DNA from: a bacterium | GTDB taxonomy: Bacteria > Electryoneota > Electryoneia > Electryoneales > Electryoneaceae | Reading direction: 5' to 3' | Length of the DNA: 64,000 nt | NCBI GenBank assembly: GCA_963675295.2 | Contig: CAXXKJ010000002.1 | Span: 1,472,001 to 1,536,000, forward strand | Shown: positions 57,463 to 64,000 of the stretch, in pieces | Layout of the letters: every line of letters starts with the position of its first letter | Position numbering within the stretch: the stretch's first letter is position 1 | Program-made: the position numbers and the translations under genes | The notes under the pieces: model-generated | Database searches by the model: none | Told to the model about the DNA's origin: nothing | What the model saw: the letters and a program-made list of their open reading frames with translations, nothing else

Positions 57463-60111
57463 ATGCGAATTGCGACTGACTGGAAACGGGCCACCGTTTC
57501 CACCCTCGTCCTGCTGCTGGCCATTGTGGGCATGGCATCCGCGCAGGGACCCACCATCATTGTGCACAATCCGGTTACGGTCGCCAATCCCGGCATCCCA
57601 TTGGAAATCGACGCACGTATCGAAGGCATGCAGAACATCGGCAATGTCGTCGACGCGAATGTCCGTTTCCGCATGGTCGGCTCGAGCTCATGGGATTTCG
57701 TTCAGATGGAATTCTCGCTGGATGAGCTGGTCGCGACCATTCCCGCTGAAGCGGTGACCACGGAAGGCCTTGAGTACTTCATCGAAGCGGAGATGGACGA
57801 TGGTTCGACCATCACCTACCCGGCGACGGGTGCCGAATCGGCGCCGGTTTCGGTGACGGTGCGCTCCGGTGACGAAGAGGCGGCGATTGATTCCGGCGTG
57901 TTGATTCTGAGCCCGCTGCCGGAAGAAACCATTCGCGACACGGATTTGTTCATCGCGGTGTCGTTCAATCCAAGTGTGTTCGCCGTGAATCCGGAGGATG
58001 TGGTTCTCCGCCTGAACGGGAAGGACATCACCAAGAAGGCGGTCACCACCGAATATTTGTTGATGGCGACTCTGGAAAGGGTGCCGAACGGGCGTCACCG
58101 TGTTGACCTGTTGCTCAAGACCGGCAAGCAGGAACGGTTGCTGCGTTCGTGGCTGTTCAACTACGAATCGCTGCTGGGTGAGGTCAGCTACGACGAAACG
58201 TTATTCAGTGGTTCATTGGGTCTGGACGGCAATTCGCAGCAGACCAACGGCGTCGATCAGAACCGGATGCGGGAGCTGGTGAATGTCCGGATGCAGCGTG
58301 GCGACTTCAAGGCGCAGTTGTACACGCGCACGACTAGCGAAGAACAGGGGAATCTGCAGCCGCAGCACCGGTTCCGTGTCACCGCGGGCTGGCCGTTCTT
58401 CCAGGTCGGGCTCGGCGACCTGACGCCGAAGTACAGCGAACTGGCGTTATACGGCAACCGTGTTCGCGGTGCGGAGCTCAAGTTCACCTCGGGCAGTTTC
58501 GAGGTGAAGGGAATTTACGGCGAGATGCGTCGCGGCGTGAACGGCTACGGCTACACCGTCAACGACCAGATCACCGCTGCGATTGTTGACTCACTGGGCA
58601 ATGTGATCGGCACCGAAACCTACAACGCGTATAACTACGATCCGGGTACGTATAAGCGGAACCTGGCGGCGTTGCGCTTCGGTTTTGGCCAGGAGAACGG
58701 TCCGAGCCACCTCGGATTTACGTTCATGAAGGTGCGGGACGACACGTCCTCGATTGATATCGACCGTCCGCAGGATTTGCAGGAACGGATCGAGCTGGGC
58801 CGTCCGGTGGAAGTCGCATACACGGCCACACCAAAAGATAACCTCGTCGTCGGGACTGATTTCGGGCTGAAACTTGACCGCAACCGGGTTCAGTTCAAGG
58901 GTGAGGCGGCGCTGTCGTTGTACAACAGCAACATCAGCGAACGTCCGTTGGAAGATGCGGACAACCTGAAGGACGTTATCTGGGTCAACCAGTATTTCGA
59001 ACCGTTACCGGCGGAAGGGCTGACCAACGATGACGGCGAGGCGGAAGTGAACACGGGAGAGCTGGTGTCTTCCGTGATCTCGAACTCGCTGTCGTGGCAG
59101 GGGAAACTGCGCTTGCGGTATTACGGACATGACCTGCGCACCGGCTACGTCTTCCTCAACCGCAGCTTCACCTCGCTGGGGAATCCGAACCTGGTCAACG
59201 ATGACGCCGGCTTCTACGTATACGACCGGATTCGCCTGTTCGAAAACCGGTTGTACCTGAACGCCGGGTACCGCAATTTCCACAACAACGTGCAGAACAA
59301 CAGCGAAACCACGTTGACCCGCCAGGAGATTTCGTTCGGCTTCACCTACATCACCGACCCGATGTATCCGGACATCAACTTCATGTTCCGGAACCAGACG
59401 AACGAGAACGACGGGACCGTCACCGAAGTGATCACGGATACCACGGCGTACAACAATGATCCGACGATGGGTGTTGTCTCCTTCGACAGCCGCACTGCGA
59501 GTACCATGAACAGCTTCTCGGTGGGTCTGACCCATCGTGTGCGGCTCGCCGACACGCAGAGCGACCTGTCGTTGAGCTACCTGATGGCCGACCGCAGGGA
59601 CGACTACCAGGACATCGGCAACTCGGACATGCAGTTCATCGGCTTCACGGCCAGCACGGATTACCGTGAATACCTGCCGGTGACGACGCGGATCGTGTTC
59701 TCGAATTCATCTCAGTCGTCGATGGACGGCCTGACTGAGCTGAACTACGTGACGATTAACCTGCGCGGCAGCTACTACCTGTTTGACCGGACACTGGTGC
59801 CATATTTCAATCCTAACGTGACGCTGGGTTCCGGCGACTACTCGTTGACGTATGACGACATCCTGCCAGCCGGAGCCGATCCGGCGGCGACGCTACGTCT
59901 GCAGAAGATCGACTACACGCGTATCGACTGGGTGGTCGGCATGGAATGGCGGTTCATGCGTCAGCACACGTTGGCGGCGCGGATCAGCGTGTCCACGTAT
60001 TCGGACAACGGAGAGTACCAGTACTTCGACGGCAGCACTGCCGACACGCTTGAGGACGAAATCGATCGCGACGATTATTCGGTGCTGTTCAGCTATATCT
60101 ACCGCTTCTAA
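57463..60111 (+). CDS. Outer-membrane beta-barrel protein with N-terminal Ig-like domains
   Basis: Signal peptide; GLEYFIEA; alternating beta-strand pattern; C-terminal YIYRF. Confidence 0.75.
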   Translation: MRIATDWKRATVSTLVLLLAIVGMASAQGPTIIVHNPVTVANPGIPLEIDARIEGMQNIGNVVDANVRFRMVGSSSWDFVQMEFSLDELVATIPAEAVTTEGLEYFIEAEMDDGSTITYPATGAESAPVSVTVRSGDEEAAIDSGVLILSPLPEETIRDTDLFIAVSFNPSVFAVNPEDVVLRLNGKDITKKAVTTEYLLMATLERVPNGRHRVDLLLKTGKQERLLRSWLFNYESLLGEVSYDETLFSGSLGLDGNSQQTNGVDQNRMRELVNVRMQRGDFKAQLYTRTTSEEQGNLQPQHRFRVTAGWPFFQVGLGDLTPKYSELALYGNRVRGAELKFTSGSFEVKGIYGEMRRGVNGYGYTVNDQITAAIVDSLGNVIGTETYNAYNYDPGTYKRNLAALRFGFGQENGPSHLGFTFMKVRDDTSSIDIDRPQDLQERIELGRPVEVAYTATPKDNLVVGTDFGLKLDRNRVQFKGEAALSLYNSNISERPLEDADNLKDVIWVNQYFEPLPAEGLTNDDGEAEVNTGELVSSVISNSLSWQGKLRLRYYGHDLRTGYVFLNRSFTSLGNPNLVNDDAGFYVYDRIRLFENRLYLNAGYRNFHNNVQNNSETTLTRQEISFGFTYITDPMYPDINFMFRNQTNENDGTVTEVITDTTAYNNDPTMGVVSFDSRTASTMNSFSVGLTHRVRLADTQSDLSLSYLMADRRDDYQDIGNSDMQFIGFTASTDYREYLPVTTRIVFSNSSQSSMDGLTELNYVTINLRGSYYLFDRTLVPYFNPNVTLGSGDYSLTYDDILPAGADPAATLRLQKIDYTRIDWVVGMEWRFMRQHTLAARISVSTYSDNGEYQYFDGSTADTLEDEIDRDDYSVLFSYIYRF

Positions 60112-60133
60112 GCAGTGGTTTCAGCGAGGTTTC

Positions 60134-60165
60134 AAGCCCCGGCAAACGCCGGGGTTTGTTTTTTC
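60134..60165 (+). terminator. Intrinsic terminator
   Basis: CCCCGGC-AAAC-GCCGGGG followed by TTTGTTTTTT. Confidence 0.8.
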
Positions 60166-60235
60166 CCTTGATCCGCACTTGACTGGAAACGTGGAATTGC
60201 GCTAATTCACGGCAGGTCAACGCATAGGGAGTGTT

Positions 60236-62452
60236 GTGGCGAAACGTCGGACGCGCAAACAAGTCAGCTGGTGGATCGGGATCGCGGCCAGTGTCGTGGT
60301 CACCATTATCGCCCTGTATCTCGGCAGCATCGGGCTTGTTCACGAGCTGGAACTGAAGACGTACGACCAGCGCTTCCTCGCGCGTGGTCCGGTCAATGTC
60401 AGCGACAGCGACGCGGTTGTGGTTACGATCAACGACGACGATTTCACGTTGCTCGACACCCGCTGGCCATTCCCGCGCAGCTACTACGCCCACGTGATCG
60501 ACAACCTGTTCGCCGCTGGCGCGAAGCTGGTGGTGATCGACGTCCAGTTCTTCGAATCTTCGTTTGACACCACGCAGGACATTGCGCTCGCACGGGCCAC
60601 CCTTGCCGCGCCGGACAGCGTGATTCACGCGGCCAAGATCTCGTTCACCGTCAAGGCGCAGTTGCAGGACCAGCTCGCCAGAGCAATGCTGCCTGCTAAG
60701 CGGATTTACACGCCCGAGGTGAATGTCGGCGTAGTCAATGAAATCCAGGATCGGGATGGGTTCACACGGCAGTATCCGTTCGCGTTTCAGGTGCAGGATC
60801 TGAACTGGCTGCCGTTATCGATGAAGGCGTTACAGCTGGTGCAGGAGCGGCCGGACACGGTGCAGCTGTACCGTGACGATCCGAAGGTGGTGCGTTTCGC
60901 GGGGCTGAAAATCCCGAAGATGACGGAGAATTCGTTCCTGATCAACTACGCCGGTCCGGCGGGCACGTTTCCAACGTATGCATTCTCCAGCGTAATTGAT
61001 GATGGGTCGTTTCAGCTCGCGCGGGACGACACGAACTACATGCAGTGGTTCGTGATGTCGGACGAGGAATTCAACACATTCATCAGCGTGATGCCGGAGG
61101 ATGCGGCGGACGCCTTCCGTGAGATCCGCCAGCAGAATCCGTTCCGTGGCAAGGTGGTGTTTGTCGGTGCGGCGGCCGCGGCATTGCGCGATACGAAAAA
61201 GACACCGTTCTTCGCGTACAAGCCGGCCGGTGAAATCGCGACGGAAAACCGTGAGACGCCTGGGGTGGAAGTGCACGCGCACGCGTACCAGACCCTCCGT
61301 GACCAGTCGTGGATCAAGAACGCGCCGTTGCGCGCGGAAGTGATCCTCACGTTTGTGCTTGTGCTGGCGGTGTTCGCCATCAGCAACACGTTGACGCTAC
61401 TGCTCGCCGCGCCGTTGTCGTTGGTGCTGGCGGGGCTGTATACGTGGGGAACGTTCTACGCGTTCGGTGAGCACAACCTGTGGTTTGCGCTGGTCGCACC
61501 ATTGCTCGCGATGGTGATCATGTTCTCGCTGACCACGATCTACCGCTTCCTGCTCGAACAGCGGGACAAGGCGCAGATTCGCGGCATGTTCAGCCAGTAT
61601 GTGCCGAAGCGGGTTGTGGATGAGCTGATCGACAATCCGGACATGATGCGTCTCGGCGGCGAACGGCGGCGGATGACCTGCCTGTTCACGGACGTCGCCG
61701 GCTTCACATCGGTGTCAGAGAAGTTGACGCCGGAAGAGCTGGTCAGCCTGCTGAACGAATACCTCTCCGCGATGTCGAAGATCATCCTCAAGAACGAGGG
61801 CATCATCGACAAGTACGAGGGCGACCTGATCATGGCGGAATGGGGTGCGCCGGTGCGGAACGAACAGCATGCGTTCCACGCCTGCCGGGCTGCGCTACGG
61901 ATGCAGGCGAAACTGGAAGAGATGCGCCGCGACTTTGACCGGCGGGGACTGCCGCTGCTGGAAAGCCGTGTTGGGATCAACACCGGCGACATGATTGTCG
62001 GCAACATGGGCTGCCTCGAGGTGTTCGACTACACGGTGATGGGGGACGCGGTCAACCTCGCCAGCCGTCTCGAGGGAGCAAACAAATCGTACGGTACCAC
62101 GATCATGATCGGGCCGGAAACGTGGGCCGATGTCAAGGACGAGTTCGCTACCCGTGCGTTGGACGATATCCGGGTCAAGGGCAAGGCGCAACCGGTGCGT
62201 GTCTATGAGCTGATGGCGGATTCATGGGACAAGATCAGCGATGAGCAGAAGCACGCGCTGGACGATTTCGACCGTGGTCTGAAGAACTACCGCAACCGCC
62301 GGTTCAGCGATGCGATTGATTATTTCCAGCAAGTGCTTCGGGTGATGCCGGATGACGGCCCGAGTCTGGCCTACATCAAGCGTTGCCAGCAATTCCTCAG
62401 CGATCCGCCGCCGCCGGAATGGGATGGGGTGTACGAGATGTTGGAGAAGTAA
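60236..62452 (+). CDS. CHASE2-domain class III adenylate/guanylate cyclase with C-terminal TPR
   Basis: RWPFPRSYYA, DRDGFTR, PGVEVHA; three TMs; FTDVAGFT, DKYEGD, GDAVNLASRLEG, VKGK. Confidence 0.95.
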   Translation: MAKRRTRKQVSWWIGIAASVVVTIIALYLGSIGLVHELELKTYDQRFLARGPVNVSDSDAVVVTINDDDFTLLDTRWPFPRSYYAHVIDNLFAAGAKLVVIDVQFFESSFDTTQDIALARATLAAPDSVIHAAKISFTVKAQLQDQLARAMLPAKRIYTPEVNVGVVNEIQDRDGFTRQYPFAFQVQDLNWLPLSMKALQLVQERPDTVQLYRDDPKVVRFAGLKIPKMTENSFLINYAGPAGTFPTYAFSSVIDDGSFQLARDDTNYMQWFVMSDEEFNTFISVMPEDAADAFREIRQQNPFRGKVVFVGAAAAALRDTKKTPFFAYKPAGEIATENRETPGVEVHAHAYQTLRDQSWIKNAPLRAEVILTFVLVLAVFAISNTLTLLLAAPLSLVLAGLYTWGTFYAFGEHNLWFALVAPLLAMVIMFSLTTIYRFLLEQRDKAQIRGMFSQYVPKRVVDELIDNPDMMRLGGERRRMTCLFTDVAGFTSVSEKLTPEELVSLLNEYLSAMSKIILKNEGIIDKYEGDLIMAEWGAPVRNEQHAFHACRAALRMQAKLEEMRRDFDRRGLPLLESRVGINTGDMIVGNMGCLEVFDYTVMGDAVNLASRLEGANKSYGTTIMIGPETWADVKDEFATRALDDIRVKGKAQPVRVYELMADSWDKISDEQKHALDDFDRGLKNYRNRRFSDAIDYFQQVLRVMPDDGPSLAYIKRCQQFLSDPPPPEWDGVYEMLEK

Positions 62453-62518
62453 CGGGCTTCAGGTTCCAGACTTTGGGCTCGAAGGGCTTGGTCGTCTCTC
62501 GTCTCTCGTGAAGTTTGC

Positions 62519-62540
62519 CCCGACGAGCTTGCTCGTCGGG
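62519..62540. repeat. GC-rich hairpin (REP-like or terminator)
   Basis: CCCGACGAGC-TT-GCTCGTCGGG, between convergent genes. Confidence 0.7.
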
Positions 62541-62610
62541 AATATCCGCGTCTGCAAATTATTCGATACGAGTACATGGTCCAGCTGACCGGAAGTCACC
62601 TGGAGCAACA

Positions 62611-62644
62611 CGTCCGCGTTTGCAAGCAAACACGGGCACATTTT
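62611..62644. repeat. 34-bp hairpin element, copy B
   Basis: CGTCCGCGTTTGCAAGCAAACACGGGCACATTTT. Confidence 0.8.
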
Positions 62645-62707
62645 CTCACACCTCACACCTCACACCTCACACCTCACACCTCACACCTCACACCTCACAC
62701 CTCACAC
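62645..62707. repeat. Heptamer microsatellite (CTCACAC)9
   Basis: Counted directly. Confidence 0.97.
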
Positions 62708-62715
62708 CTGGCGAT

Positions 62716-63459
62716 CTATAGATCCCAATAACTCACCCGTTCGAGGTCGGGAATCTCGTGTGCGGCGGAGCTGAGCAGAACGGTTTCGTCGGCGTAGGTT
62801 GGGTGCGTCGGGTGGACCATGGCTTCGACGATATTGAAGAACATCGGCTTGGAAACGTGCAGCTTGTGGATGGTTTCGTACTCGGCGAAGGTGTCGGTCA
62901 GACGTGTCGGGTAGCCGGTCTGGATCGTCTTACGCCAGGCGAGGCGTCTCATTCGCAGCACATGCAGCCGCGGGGTCATCGGTTGCAGAAAGAGGGTTTT
63001 GGTCGCCCGGACTCGAGTGATATCCAGCCGCTTCTGTAATTCCTTAACCACACGCAGCAGCGCCCAGAGTGTGTGCACGTGATGATGCGAGTCGATGTGG
63101 GAAACGTTGACCCCTGCCTCGCGGACACGCTGCACCTGCGCGGTCCATTCGTCGAGGATCGCGGTCGCAACATCACGATTCAAAGCGGACAAGTTGAGCG
63201 GATTCTGAAACTCGCCATCGTCGTTGAGCAACGGGCGCAGCCGGTTTGGGTCGCTGAGTGGCGCGAACTGAGTCAGGTTGAGGTGGACGCCGAACGACAC
63301 CTGCGGGTAGTCCTGAGCACGATGGACAGCGTCCTCGAACGCGGGCGCGTTCGACATGATCGTGGACGAACTGATCAGGCCCTGGTCGATCAGGTCGAAG
63401 GTGGCATCGTTGACCTCACGGCTCATCCCGAGGTCGTCGGCGTTAACTATCAGGCGCAT
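62716..63459 (-). CDS. ChbG/HpnK (YdjC) family deacetylase
   Basis: LIVNADDLG, GVHLNLT, SHIDSHHHVH, MVHP. Confidence 0.93.
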   Translation of the reverse strand: MRLIVNADDLGMSREVNDATFDLIDQGLISSSTIMSNAPAFEDAVHRAQDYPQVSFGVHLNLTQFAPLSDPNRLRPLLNDDGEFQNPLNLSALNRDVATAILDEWTAQVQRVREAGVNVSHIDSHHHVHTLWALLRVVKELQKRLDITRVRATKTLFLQPMTPRLHVLRMRRLAWRKTIQTGYPTRLTDTFAEYETIHKLHVSKPMFFNIVEAMVHPTHPTYADETVLLSSAAHEIPDLERVSYWDL

Positions 63460-63576
63460 GGTTGGCTTGAGTTGCTGGTGATTCCGGTTGCCGGAAGATA
63501 CAGTCGGCTGTGCTTCGGATGCAGCAGGGTACCGTACTCTCAAGCCTGGGCAGCGGATTCAAAAGGATGGAGAAAC

Positions 63577-63608
63577 AAAAACGGGCCTGTGGAAGCACAG
63601 GCCCGTTC
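63577..63608 (-). terminator. Intrinsic terminator
   Basis: AACGGGCCTGTG-GAAG-CACAGGCCCGTT with a T-run on the minus strand, just after the partial CDS. Confidence 0.75.
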
Positions 63609-63626
63609 CGAAAGCAGAGTTGCTGA

Positions 63627-63998
63627 CTAGTTGCGGGTCACGGAAGGATCATCGACAAAGCGCTTGCCGGCATGATCCGGAGCCGACTGAACCGGTTCAA
63701 TCTCGAACGGTTCGCTGTAGGTACCGTTCCCGTTGTGTGTGCGAATCACCAGCCGGAACGCATAGTTGGCGGTGCTCCACTGCCAACTCCCGTAATCAAA
63801 GGCCGTGGTGGTGTACCAACTCCGGCCCTCAGATCCTGAAGCGTCCGCGCTGAACGATGGGACATTCGTGTTGATGCAGCGGATGCCGAACGCGACTTCC
63901 GACGTGTTTTCATACTCAAGGTCGACCGGTACCGAATTCCAGCCTTCATACAGCCAGTGGGCACCGTAGATGTAGTTTGCCGAGCCCAGGGTGTTTCC
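63627..63998 (-). CDS. 3' end of a hypothetical (likely extracellular) protein
   Basis: Open frame GNTLGSANYIYGAHWLYEGWNSV...DPSVTRN* from the window edge, GC-rich third positions, followed by a terminator. Confidence 0.7.
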   Translation of the reverse strand, partial: GNTLGSANYIYGAHWLYEGWNSVPVDLEYENTSEVAFGIRCINTNVPSFSADASGSEGRSWYTTTAFDYGSWQWSTANYAFRLVIRTHNGNGTYSEPFEIEPVQSAPDHAGKRFVDDPSVTRN

Positions 63999-64000
63999 TG

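Noticed and set aside
63746-63964. 72-aa minus-strand ORF
   Set aside because: Wrong frame; the adjacent frame is open from the window edge to 63627 and ends at a terminator.

Overview
The window has two parts. Positions 1 to about 48.7 kb are a lower-GC, mosaic genomic island dense in anti-phage genes; its left end and any integrase lie outside the window. From about 48.8 kb to the end is GC-rich backbone: an aldo/keto reductase, a YbjT-like SDR, polysaccharide genes, a secreted protein/FecR/outer-membrane barrel/CHASE2-cyclase cluster and a YdjC deacetylase. Two proteins with AYPNPFN-type T9SS sorting domains suggest an FCB-group host (inference). The island carries: (1) a type I Zorya (zorABCD) whose ZorD nuclease motif looks degenerate and which overlaps a fifth SF1-helicase/DUF559 gene; (2) a PLD-SNF2 helicase plus type ISP/IIG-like methyltransferase operon, with an AT-rich specificity region and trailing SEC-C and HEPN-motif genes; (3) a NERD-helicase, several PD-(D/E)XK nucleases, DUF2779 and a TA-like pair; (4) a two-gene membrane module with 22-aa repeats; (5) a phage-like DUF932/RecB-Cas4/SSB-like module beside an excisionase-like HTH gene and phased repeats at the right boundary. 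The best candidate for an undescribed system is a module present twice, 23.5 kb apart: a conserved sigma70 promoter, a DUF3696 ABC-type ATPase and a partner with a PLD-like (MIT_C-type, DPY...HDR) domain. The two ATPase genes share an exact 86-bp block. Also notable are apparent ATC start codons, an unannotated 33-aa amphipathic peptide, and a covarying hairpin element paired with different heptamer microsatellites. All family calls come from motif recognition by eye; no searches were run.
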